A stretch of DNA of 64,000 nt from assembly GCA_965242865.1 (NCBI GenBank), contig CBDETK010000013.1, positions 5,152,001 through 5,216,000 of the forward strand, read 5' to 3'. Each line of letters opens with the position of its first letter. The stretch's first letter is position 1. A program made the position numbers and the translations under genes. The stretch comes from Candidatus Latescibacterota bacterium (lineage in GTDB: Bacteria; Latescibacterota; UBA2968; UBA8231). The notes under the pieces are model-generated. The model worked only from the letters and a program-made list of their open reading frames with translations, was not told where the DNA came from and ran no database searches. This document shows positions 28,772-37,636 of the stretch, piece by piece.

Positions 28772-30013
28772 TTACTTCCACAGCAGCCGCAGATAAAACA
28801 GCGGATTGGTCAGCATCTTGCGCGGCACGGCGTTGGCCATCATGCCGCAGATTAGGTCGCTGATCTCGGCATTTTTGGCAGCCTTGCCAATGACCCAGTT
28901 CATTAGATAGGGCCAGCGGCCCAAATTGTGGAGTTGGGTGCTCACCTTGAGTTCGCTGCCCAGCGCGTCCCACAGCCGGTCTTCATAGCGGCGCAAAAAG
29001 CCAGCCGAATAGTCCCCGGCCTTCCGCGCTTGTGCGGCGGTCTCTACGGCAAAGCGCGCCGAGTACAGGGCATTGCCAATGCCCTCGCCCGTGAACGGGT
29101 CAATCAGGCCGGCCGCGTCCCCCAACAGCAAAAAGCCGTTGCCGTGGGCCGGTCGCCGGCGCGAGCCAACCGGCAGATTCCAGCCGACCGGGGCTTCGAG
29201 GGGCCGGGCGTCGCTAAAGCGCGCTCCAAAGGTCGGGCTGGCCACGGCGACCGCGAGCACTTCCTTGAGGTCAATGCCGCGCGTCTTGATGGCTCGGTGA
29301 TCCATGCCGATGCCCACATTGGCGCGGCGGCCTTCTAGGGGGAAAATCCAAAAATAGCCGGGCCGCACCTCGTCTATAAAGTGCAATTCAATCTGATCGC
29401 TCAGGCCGGCTACGCCCTCGAAGTACTGCCGCAAGGCCACCATCCAAGCGCGGCTCTCGTGGCGGTACAACCCGCTCTGGCGGGCGACGATCGAGTTGAA
29501 GCCATCGCACCCCAACACCAAGGGGGCGCGAAAATCCAAGCACGTGCCGTCGGCGGTGTGCCCCCGCACCCCGCAGACCTGCTCGCCCTCTCGCAAGAGC
29601 GTGCGCACGGCAAAGCCCTCCAGCGCGTGGGCGGCCGCGGCCCGCGCCTTGGCAAAGAGAAAGTCGTCGAAAACCGCACGGCGAATGACAAAGCCCTCCA
29701 TCGGCAGCACCCGGCCGGTCAGGGCGTCGCGCAGGTCGTAGCGGCGCAAGTCAATGGACGCGGCGGTCGCGTCTGGGCTGCCGAACACAATGCGGGTAAT
29801 CGCCGCCCCAGGCAGGTTGCACACCTCCTCAAACAGGCCCAACTCGTGGAGGATCGCCACCGTCTTGCCGGAGAGGGCGTCGCCGCAGATTTTGTCGCGG
29901 GGGAAGCACTGCTTGTCCAGCAGCAGGGCCGCCAGCCCGTTGCGCTGGGCATACAGCGCGGCCGCAGCACCGGCCGGACCGCCGCCGACGATGATCAGGT
30001 CGTAGGTTTGCAC
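28772..30013 (-). CDS. Geranylgeranyl reductase family FAD-dependent oxidoreductase
   Basis: GGGPAG, FPRDKICGD, GYFWIFP, GDAAGLIDPFTGEGI motifs. Confidence 0.9.
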   Translation of the reverse strand: MQTYDLIIVGGGPAGAAAALYAQRNGLAALLLDKQCFPRDKICGDALSGKTVAILHELGLFEEVCNLPGAAITRIVFGSPDATAASIDLRRYDLRDALTGRVLPMEGFVIRRAVFDDFLFAKARAAAAHALEGFAVRTLLREGEQVCGVRGHTADGTCLDFRAPLVLGCDGFNSIVARQSGLYRHESRAWMVALRQYFEGVAGLSDQIELHFIDEVRPGYFWIFPLEGRRANVGIGMDHRAIKTRGIDLKEVLAVAVASPTFGARFSDARPLEAPVGWNLPVGSRRRPAHGNGFLLLGDAAGLIDPFTGEGIGNALYSARFAVETAAQARKAGDYSAGFLRRYEDRLWDALGSELKVSTQLHNLGRWPYLMNWVIGKAAKNAEISDLICGMMANAVPRKMLTNPLFYLRLLWK

Positions 30014-30129
30014 AGGCCCCAGAAAATAGCCCGTCTATCCCTTGCTACAAGAGCGCGGGCCAAACTTGCTTTGTAAGTGATCTTCCTTACCTTTTTGAAA
30101 TTGTCAACGCAATCCACGCTTTATAGCTA

Positions 30130-30375
30130 GTGGATGAATTCACAGTGCAGAAAAAAACATCACAATTTGCGATTTGTCTCAACAATGAGGGCTATGAGGC
30201 TTCGCTCGAAATCGGAAAAGTGTATCGCGCAATTCCCGATCGGGAGGCCGCTGCGCTCGGGTATATTCGCATGGTGGACGAAAGTGGCGAAGATTACGCA
30301 TTTGCGGCCGACCGTTTTTACGAGGTCGAGCTTCCGCCCCCGGTTGAAGCAACGCTGGCTGCTGCGCTGCACTAA
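30130..30375 (+). CDS. Small hypothetical protein
   Basis: FAICLNNEGYEASLEIGKVY...IRMVDESGEDY resembles a widespread ~70-aa unknown protein; lower GC. Confidence 0.7.
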   Translation: MDEFTVQKKTSQFAICLNNEGYEASLEIGKVYRAIPDREAAALGYIRMVDESGEDYAFAADRFYEVELPPPVEATLAAALH

Positions 30376-30408
30376 GTCATAAACGCAATCCAGAGGAGTT
30401 GCACCAAG

Positions 30409-32307
30409 ATGTCCCAAGACGTTCAAACCGAAACCCCGCATGTCGAAAAGCGAACCTTTCAAACCGAGGTCCAACAGCTACTTCACCTGTTGGTCCACTC
30501 TCTGTACACCCAAAAGGAAATTTTCTTGCGCGAACTGATTTCCAATGCCTCAGACGCGCTCGACAAAATCCACCACCGCTCGCTGACTGACCGCAATATC
30601 CGCGACCCAGACGCCGAATTGCATATTGCGATCGAGGTGTCGAGCAGCAGCAAGACCCTGACGATCCGCGACCGCGGCATCGGCATGACCCGCGACGAGG
30701 TCAACGAAAACATCGGCATCATTGCTCGCTCCGGCTCGGCCGAGTTTGCCGCCAAGCTGGCCGACGCCAGCAACGAGCAAGAAAAGCTCAAGCTGATCGG
30801 CCAATTCGGAGTGGGATTCTACTCGGTCTTCATGGTCGCGGACCGAGTGGTGCTCACCACGCGCTCGGCCGACCCAGACGCCGACGGAGTGCTGTGGGAA
30901 TCCACCGGCGATGGCGCGTACACCCTATCCCGCGCCGACAAGGCCGACCGCGGCACCGAGATCAAGCTCTACATCCGCTCGGACTGCGAGGAATTTCTCA
31001 ACGCCCACCGGCTAGAGGCCATCATCCGCAAGCACTCGGATTTTGTCGCGTATCCCATCCAAGTCGCCGGCAAACAGGTCAACGACACGGCCGCGCTGTG
31101 GACCCGACCGCGCAACGAAATTACCCCCGAGCAGTACCGCGAATTTTACACCCACCTGACCGGCGACCCGGACGAGCCACTCGCGCACGAGCACATCGTC
31201 GTGGACGTGCCGATCCAATTCTACGCCGTGCTCTACATCCCCAAGCACACCCCCGTCCAATGGCTGCATGCGGAGCCGACGATCGCGCTCAACCTGCACG
31301 TCAAACGGGTCTTTATCCAAGACGACTGCAAGGAGCTTTTGCCGCTGTGGCTGCGCTTTGTGCGCGGCGTGGTTGACTGCGACGACTTGCCGCTCAACGT
31401 CGCGCGCGAAACCCTCCAGCAAAACCCCATCGTCGCCAAGATCCGCGCCACCTTGGTGCGGCGCATCCTCGGCGTGTTAGAAGGCTTGGCCAAAAAGGAC
31501 GAAGCCCAGTACCTGGCCTTTTGGCATGCCTGCGGCACCATCCTCAAAGAAGGCGTGGCCACCGATGCTGCCCACCAAGGCCAGCTCGCCCAGCTTTTAC
31601 GCTACCGCTCCTCGCTGGCCGACGCCGACGCGCCGTACATTTCGCTGCAAAACTACGTCGATCGGATGCAGAGCGAGCAGGACAAGATCTATTACCTCGC
31701 CGGCGAGAGCCAAGAGGCCATCGCCCAAAGTCCCCTGTTGGAAGCCTTCCGCAAGCGCGGCCTTGAGGTGCTCTACCTCGATGAGCCGGTCGATGAATGG
31801 GTCGTCCAAGGGCTGCAAAAGTTTGCCGACAAAGAGTTCGTGGGCGTGGATGCGGCCGAGCTCGACTTGGGCGAGGACACCGTCGAGTTGGCGGGGGTCA
31901 ACGAGCAAAAGGCCGAGACTATTGAGCTGATCTCCTTTCTCAAGCAGAAGCTCGCCGGTCGGGTCGAAGACGTGGTCGAGTCCAAGCGGCTGACTGACAG
32001 CCCTTGCCTGCTGGTCGCCAGCCAAGGCGGGTTGAGCCGCAACATGGAGCGGCTGATGAAAATGACCGACCGCGAGTTCAAAGGCTCGCTGCGCACGCTA
32101 GAGATCAATCGCCAGCACCCCATCATCCGCAACATGGCCGCCGTGCTCAAGCGCGACCGCGACTCCGACCAGTTGGAGCAATGGGCGCACTTTCTCGTTG
32201 ATTTCGTCTTGCTGGGCGAGGGCACGGTCGCGGACCCGCAGCGGCTGGGCCAGAGCTTGCAATCGATCATGGGCGCGGTCACCGCACACGCGGCCGAGGA
32301 GCGGTAG
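30409..32307 (+). CDS. htpG: Molecular chaperone HtpG (Hsp90)
   Basis: EIFLRELISNASDALDK, IGQFGVGFYS, DLPLNVARE motifs. Confidence 0.97.
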   Translation: MSQDVQTETPHVEKRTFQTEVQQLLHLLVHSLYTQKEIFLRELISNASDALDKIHHRSLTDRNIRDPDAELHIAIEVSSSSKTLTIRDRGIGMTRDEVNENIGIIARSGSAEFAAKLADASNEQEKLKLIGQFGVGFYSVFMVADRVVLTTRSADPDADGVLWESTGDGAYTLSRADKADRGTEIKLYIRSDCEEFLNAHRLEAIIRKHSDFVAYPIQVAGKQVNDTAALWTRPRNEITPEQYREFYTHLTGDPDEPLAHEHIVVDVPIQFYAVLYIPKHTPVQWLHAEPTIALNLHVKRVFIQDDCKELLPLWLRFVRGVVDCDDLPLNVARETLQQNPIVAKIRATLVRRILGVLEGLAKKDEAQYLAFWHACGTILKEGVATDAAHQGQLAQLLRYRSSLADADAPYISLQNYVDRMQSEQDKIYYLAGESQEAIAQSPLLEAFRKRGLEVLYLDEPVDEWVVQGLQKFADKEFVGVDAAELDLGEDTVELAGVNEQKAETIELISFLKQKLAGRVEDVVESKRLTDSPCLLVASQGGLSRNMERLMKMTDREFKGSLRTLEINRQHPIIRNMAAVLKRDRDSDQLEQWAHFLVDFVLLGEGTVADPQRLGQSLQSIMGAVTAHAAEER

Positions 32308-32308
32308 C

Positions 32309-33616
32309 ATGTCCGATCCTGTGCGCCAACAAGCCCGCGCGGCCCGCGCGGCGTCGCGCACTCTCGCCGCGACCTCCGAGGAAGAGCGCAACCAAGCCCT
32401 CGAAGCGATTGCCGTGGCCCTTGAAGCAAACCGCGCCCGCATCTTGGCGGCCAATGCCGAAGACCTGAAAGCTGGCGAGCGCGATGGGCTGGCGTCGCCC
32501 TTGCTCAAGCGGCTCGATCTGAGCGGGCGCAAATTCGCCAGCACGGTGGACATGGTGCGCGACGTCTGCGCTCAACCCGATCCTCTCGGCCAGACCCAGC
32601 GCGCCACCGAGCTCGACGACCGGCTCCACCTCTACCGAGTGACCGTGCCCATCGGCGTGATCGGGGTGATCTTTGAATCCCGGCCCGACGCCTTGGTGCA
32701 AATAGCCGCCCTGTGCCTCAAGGCTGGCAACGCCGCCTTGCTCAAGGGAGGGCGCGAAGCCACGGCGACCAACCAAGCCCTCGCCGAGGTCATGCGCCAA
32801 GCCACCGCGGACCTCCTTTCAGACGGGTGGATGACGCTCTTGCCCGGCCGCGAAGAAGTCCGCGCCCTGCTCGGGGAGGAGGACCTTATCGACCTCATCA
32901 TCCCGCGCGGCAGCAACGAGTTTGTGCAATACATCATGCACAACACCAAAATTCCGGTCATGGGCCACGCCGACGGGATCTGCCACGTGTACATCGATGC
33001 CAGCGCAGACCTAGACAAGGCCGTGTCGATCGCGGTCGATGCCAAGACCCAGTACGTGGCCGTGTGCAACGCGGCCGAGACCTTGCTCGTCCACAGCCGC
33101 ATTGCCGCGGCGTTTTTGCCGCACGCCGTGCCGGCACTGCTGCAAAAAAACGTGGAGCTGCGCGGCGACGAGCGCACCCTCGCCCACGCCAACGGGCAAG
33201 TCAAGCCGGCCACCGAAGCCGACTGGTCCACCGAGTACTTGGACTTGGTGCTGGCGATAAAAATCGTCGATAGCGCGGCCGAGGCCATTGACCACATCAA
33301 CGCCTACGGCAGCCATCACACGGACGCGATCGTGGCCGAAGACCGAGTCGCGGCCCGCGCCTTTTTGCGCGAGGTGGATTCCGCCTCGGTGATTCACAAT
33401 GCCTCCACGCGCTTTGCCGATGGCTTCAAATACGGGCTAGGGGCCGAGGTCGGCATCAGCACCAACCGCCTACACAGCCGCGGCCCGGTCGGGTTGGAGG
33501 GCCTCGTCATCTACAAGTACATTCTCCAAGGGGACGGCCACATCGTCGATCGGTACGATGGCCCGCAGCAGCGCCCCTTCACCCATCGCCCTCTAGACCA
33601 GCACTGGCAGGACTGA
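32309..33616 (+). CDS. proA: Gamma-glutamyl phosphate reductase
   Basis: [48 protein letters not shown] motifs. Confidence 0.96.
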   Translation: MSDPVRQQARAARAASRTLAATSEEERNQALEAIAVALEANRARILAANAEDLKAGERDGLASPLLKRLDLSGRKFASTVDMVRDVCAQPDPLGQTQRATELDDRLHLYRVTVPIGVIGVIFESRPDALVQIAALCLKAGNAALLKGGREATATNQALAEVMRQATADLLSDGWMTLLPGREEVRALLGEEDLIDLIIPRGSNEFVQYIMHNTKIPVMGHADGICHVYIDASADLDKAVSIAVDAKTQYVAVCNAAETLLVHSRIAAAFLPHAVPALLQKNVELRGDERTLAHANGQVKPATEADWSTEYLDLVLAIKIVDSAAEAIDHINAYGSHHTDAIVAEDRVAARAFLREVDSASVIHNASTRFADGFKYGLGAEVGISTNRLHSRGPVGLEGLVIYKYILQGDGHIVDRYDGPQQRPFTHRPLDQHWQD

Positions 33617-33617
33617 C

Positions 33618-33974
33618 ATGAGCGAGCGCACCACGGACCCAACTTATACCCCGGTTGAGCGCCACATCTTTTTGTGCGCCACTCCCACCAAGCCCAAGTG
33701 CCACAGCGACGGCACCGGGGCCGATTGCTGGGAGTACCTAAAAAAGCGGTTGTCCGAATTGGGCTACGGCCATCCGGGCCGCGGCGGCATTCACCGCACC
33801 AAGGCCGATTGCTTGCGCGTCTGCGAGTCCGGGCCGACGGCCGTGGTGTATCCCGAAGGCGTCTGGTATCACTCCATGACCGTCGAAAAGCTAGAGCGCG
33901 TCATCCAAGAACACTTGATCGGCGGACAGGTCGTAGAAGAGTGGGTCCACCGCGAGCCGTTCCGCAGCCTATAG
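33618..33974 (+). CDS. Thioredoxin-like [2Fe-2S] ferredoxin
   Basis: [29 protein letters not shown] motifs. Confidence 0.88.
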   Translation: MSERTTDPTYTPVERHIFLCATPTKPKCHSDGTGADCWEYLKKRLSELGYGHPGRGGIHRTKADCLRVCESGPTAVVYPEGVWYHSMTVEKLERVIQEHLIGGQVVEEWVHREPFRSL

Positions 33975-33995
33975 ACCTCAGCGGCGCAAAAGCGC

Positions 33996-35183
33996 ATGGC
34001 GCGCAACAAATCCAAATCCAAGCACATCGACCTAGAGATCAAGGACTCTCGCCTGATCTTCGACCGCGTCTGGGGCGACCTAGAGCAAGAGTTCGGGCGC
34101 GCCCAGCTCTTGTTTCCCGGGGAAATTATCTGGCTCGGCGGCGCACCCGGTGCCGGCAAGGGCACCAATACCCCCTTCATCCTCAAGGCGCGCGGCATTA
34201 CGGCCGCGGCCGTGGTGATCAGCGACTTGCTCGACAGCCCGCGCGCCCAAGAGATCAAGACGGCCGGCGGCTTGGTCGGCGACGAGGAGGTCACCTCGCT
34301 CCTCTTGCACAAGTTGCTCGACCCGATCTACGAGCGCGGCGTGATCGTCGATGGCTTCCCGCGCACCCAAGTACAGGTCGAGTGCCTCAAGCTGTTCTAC
34401 GACAAGATGACCGAATTGCGCGAGGAATTTCGCGACCGCAACTTCCCGCGCCCCCTCTTTCGCACCGTGTTGCTGTTCGTCGATGAAGAGGTCAGCGTCG
34501 AGCGCCAGCTCCACCGCGGCCGGGTAGCCCAAGAGCACAACCGCAAGGCCACCGAGCTGGGCGTCGGCCCGCTCACCGAAATCCGCGCCACGGATCTCGA
34601 CCCGGCGGCCGCACGCCAGCGCTACCAAGTCTTCAAGGAGACGACCTTTGAGGCCCTGCGCTCGCTGCGCGCCATTTTCCACTTTCGCTTCATCGACGCC
34701 GGGCAGCCGCTCGTCAAGGTGCAACAGGAGATCGAGGAGGAGTTTTCCTACCAGAGTTCGCTGGAGCTTTCGCACGACACCTTTGACCGCGTCCGCACGA
34801 TCACGCCGGCCAGCCGCCTCGTGCTCTACGCCCGCCAAGAGCTGGTCAAGCGGCTGGAGATTTACAACGAAGACCATCCCCAGCTCTTCCAGCAGGTCAT
34901 CGACAAAATCAACTTCAAGTTCATGCCCATCGTCACCCGCTACGCCATCACCGGCATGACGCTCGTCAACTCCGAGGACTCCCTGTTCGACGATCCCATG
35001 GCTTTGGCCATGCTGATCGACATCTTTTCCGAGCGCGGCTATCAGGCCCTCGTCGATGTCAACCGCATTGAGGTCCCCTGCCGCTTAGACCCCCGCACGC
35101 ACGAAATCGTCTGCCAGCACAAGCGCGTCTATCGCTTTCAGATTCGGTTCGCGGCCTCGGCCATCCGGCGCGGGTACGACTGA
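33996..35183 (+). CDS. Adenylate kinase-family protein with long C-terminal extension
   Basis: GAPGAGKGT, GGLVGD, DGFPRT..Q motifs, followed by about 140 extra residues. Confidence 0.82.
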   Translation: MARNKSKSKHIDLEIKDSRLIFDRVWGDLEQEFGRAQLLFPGEIIWLGGAPGAGKGTNTPFILKARGITAAAVVISDLLDSPRAQEIKTAGGLVGDEEVTSLLLHKLLDPIYERGVIVDGFPRTQVQVECLKLFYDKMTELREEFRDRNFPRPLFRTVLLFVDEEVSVERQLHRGRVAQEHNRKATELGVGPLTEIRATDLDPAAARQRYQVFKETTFEALRSLRAIFHFRFIDAGQPLVKVQQEIEEEFSYQSSLELSHDTFDRVRTITPASRLVLYARQELVKRLEIYNEDHPQLFQQVIDKINFKFMPIVTRYAITGMTLVNSEDSLFDDPMALAMLIDIFSERGYQALVDVNRIEVPCRLDPRTHEIVCQHKRVYRFQIRFAASAIRRGYD

Positions 35184-35276
35184 GGCCCTAGCCTAGGGGC
35201 CTTTAAGCAGCCCCTCCATTCCGTCCCACCCCCCGTTTTTCAAACAAGTCCGCCTTTTTTGCGGTTCCCGCTGCAT

Positions 35277-35304
35277 CCGGGATCGAGGGCGTCCCGCCCT
35301 CGAT
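35277..35304. repeat. REP-like palindrome, copy 1
   Basis: CCGGGATCGAGGGCGTCCCGCCCTCGAT is the exact 28-bp reverse complement of 48522-48549. Confidence 0.85.
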
Positions 35305-35328
35305 ACGTGGAACTTAGCCGCTGCAAAA

Positions 35329-35368
35329 GTGTATCACCAGCGGACAGTAGGTGTATCACCAGCGGACA
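35329..35368 (+). promoter_or_regulatory. Tandem upstream activating sequences (candidate bEBP sites)
   Basis: GTGTATCACCAGCGGACA occurs twice (35329-35346, 35351-35368), 22-bp period, TGT-N11-ACA form. Confidence 0.7.
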
Positions 35369-35434
35369 CTCTCGACGCGCCTGTCGCCGGGGTGATTCGG
35401 CTCATCTCCTTGTTTTCTAAGAGGTTGAGTGTTC

Positions 35435-35450
35435 TGGCACACATCTTGCT
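35435..35450 (+). promoter_or_regulatory. Sigma54 -24/-12 promoter
   Basis: TGGCAC-acatc-TTGCT matches TGGCAC-N5-TTGCW; IHF-like TAAGAGGTTGAGT at 35418-35430. Confidence 0.85.
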
Positions 35451-35493
35451 TTTATTTGAGCAAAGACCACTACTCGGTGAGGACGAAAGAGAC

Positions 35494-36825
35494 ATGCATG
35501 CCAATATCCAACCTTTCCCCCAAACGGCCCCCGACGCCCCCGGCCTCGGCGATGGAGTTGGCATGGACCGCAAGCTCGAAAAGCCGCGGTTCTCGCCCAA
35601 GCGCATCGCCCTAGGCGCGGGTGTGTTGCTGTTTGGCGGGCTGTGTGGATACGCCCTGCTCGCGGATTTCGGGGTGCGTAAGCTGAATGTGCAGCGCGAC
35701 CGGCTGACGATTTCAACGGTCGAGTTCGGCCCGTTTCAGGAGTACATCCCGGTGCGCGGCACCATCCTGCCGCTGCGCACGGTGTACCTCGACGCCCTAG
35801 AGCGCGGTCAAGTGGAGCAGGTGTTCGCCGAAGAAGGGGCTTCCGTAGCTGCGGGCGATCCCCTGCTGCGCTTGGCCAACCCCGATCTGGAACTGAACGT
35901 CCTGCAACAGGAGGCCGAGCTGGAGCGCAGCCGGGAGGAGCTGCGCAATGGCCGGCTGACCATGCAGCAAGAGCGGCTGCGGGCGCGCAAGGCATTGCTG
36001 GAGATCGAGTACCAACTGGCGATCAACAAGCGCAACTTTGAGCGCTACGAGAACCTGTCGGCCAAAGATCTGACGGCCATCCTGTCGCGGCAGGAGTACG
36101 AGCGGCTGCGCGACGAGTACCAGTACAGCGTCCGCCGCATGGCCCTGACCCAACAGACCCAGACCCAAGACTCGCTGCTGGCGGCGAGCAAAGTGGTGCA
36201 GCTCGTCTCGGCTGTTGAGCGCATGGAGCGCAACCTGCAAATCGTCCGCGGCCGGCTCGACAACCTGACGGTGCGGGCCCCGGTGTCCGGGCAGCTAACC
36301 ATGCTCGCCGCCGAAGTCGGCGAGAGCAAGGGGACAGGGGTGCGCTTGGGCCAGATCGACCGGATCGACGGCTTTAAGGTGCGCGCCGTCATCGACGAGC
36401 ACTATATCGACCGCGTGGGCCGGGGGCAGCGCGGTCAGTTCAACAGCGGCGACGCACCCTACCGCTTGGTAATCCACAAAATTTACCCAGAGGTCAAAGA
36501 AGGCCGGTTTGCGGTTGATCTGGTGTTCGAGGGCCGAGCGCCCGAGGGCATCCGGCGCGGCCAGACCCTGCACATCCGCTTGGAGTTGGGCGATCTGGCG
36601 GAAACCGTGCAAGTGGCGCGGGGCGGATTTTACCAAGCGACCGGCGGGCACTGGGCTTACGTTCTCGACGCGGCCGGCGAGCGGGCCACGCGGCGTTCCA
36701 TAGCCTTGGGCCGCCAGAATCCCCGCGTGTACGAAGTGCTGGAGGGACTGGAGCCGGGGGAGCAGGTCATTACCTCGAGCTACGAGACCTTGGGCGAAAA
36801 CTTGGATGTGCTGGTATTGCGCTAA
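35494..36825 (+). CDS. Efflux transporter periplasmic adaptor (HlyD/MacA family)
   Basis: N-terminal TM, GDPLLRLANP, coiled coil, VRAPVSGQL, EVLEGLEPGEQVITS. Confidence 0.9.
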   Translation: MHANIQPFPQTAPDAPGLGDGVGMDRKLEKPRFSPKRIALGAGVLLFGGLCGYALLADFGVRKLNVQRDRLTISTVEFGPFQEYIPVRGTILPLRTVYLDALERGQVEQVFAEEGASVAAGDPLLRLANPDLELNVLQQEAELERSREELRNGRLTMQQERLRARKALLEIEYQLAINKRNFERYENLSAKDLTAILSRQEYERLRDEYQYSVRRMALTQQTQTQDSLLAASKVVQLVSAVERMERNLQIVRGRLDNLTVRAPVSGQLTMLAAEVGESKGTGVRLGQIDRIDGFKVRAVIDEHYIDRVGRGQRGQFNSGDAPYRLVIHKIYPEVKEGRFAVDLVFEGRAPEGIRRGQTLHIRLELGDLAETVQVARGGFYQATGGHWAYVLDAAGERATRRSIALGRQNPRVYEVLEGLEPGEQVITSSYETLGENLDVLVLR

Positions 36826-36865
36826 CGCGCCAACCGGCCACCCCAACCACAAAGGAGCGAACACC

Positions 36866-37603
36866 ATGACTGAGCACACCAACCCGGAAAACGGCTACGC
36901 GCCCCTGATCCGCACGGTCGGGCTACGCAAGCTGTACGCGACCGAGGAGGTGGAGACGACCGCCTTGGACAACGTCAATCTCGAAATCGCCGAAGGCGAA
37001 TTTGCCGCCATCATGGGGCCGTCGGGCTGCGGCAAATCCACCCTGCTCAACCTGCTGGGCCTGCTCGACAGCCCGACCGCCGGGGAATACTACCTGCTCG
37101 GCGAGGAGGTGGCCACCTATGCGGAGCGCACGCGGGCGAACCTGCGCAAGGGGACGATTGGCTTTGTCTTTCAGTCGTTCAACCTGATCAACGAGCTGAC
37201 CGTGTACGAGAACGTCGAGCTGCCCCTGCTCTACATCGGCGTCCCGGCCAAAGAGCGCAAGCAACGGGTGCAGTCCATCCTCGACTACATGCAGATCGCC
37301 CACCGCGCCAAGCACTTTCCGCTCCAGCTTTCCGGCGGCCAGCAGCAGCGCGTGGCCGTGGCGAGGGCCTTGGTCCCGGAGCCTAAGCTGGTGCTGGCCG
37401 ACGAGCCGACCGGCAACCTCGACTCGCGCCACGGCGACGAGGTCATGCAGATGCTCACCGAAATGAACCGCCACGGCACGACCGTGGTCATGGTGACGCA
37501 CTCGCCGGCCTACGCGGACTTTGCGCACCGCATCATTCACCTGTTCGACGGCAAAATCGTGACCGAGAACATCGCCAAAAGACGAGGAGCGAGGAGCGAG
37601 TAG
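36866..37603 (+). CDS. ABC transporter ATP-binding protein (MacB/LolD-like)
   Basis: [27 protein letters not shown]; RBS AAGGAG. Confidence 0.95.
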   Translation: MTEHTNPENGYAPLIRTVGLRKLYATEEVETTALDNVNLEIAEGEFAAIMGPSGCGKSTLLNLLGLLDSPTAGEYYLLGEEVATYAERTRANLRKGTIGFVFQSFNLINELTVYENVELPLLYIGVPAKERKQRVQSILDYMQIAHRAKHFPLQLSGGQQQRVAVARALVPEPKLVLADEPTGNLDSRHGDEVMQMLTEMNRHGTTVVMVTHSPAYADFAHRIIHLFDGKIVTENIAKRRGARSE

Positions 37604-37636
37604 GGCCGCTCTTTGCGGAGAAAATGGAGCCCCAAG

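Noticed and set aside
35184-35205. Hairpin after the adenylate kinase-like gene as an intrinsic terminator
   Set aside because: The stem is imperfect, the loop is very small and there are only three Ts; not enough support.
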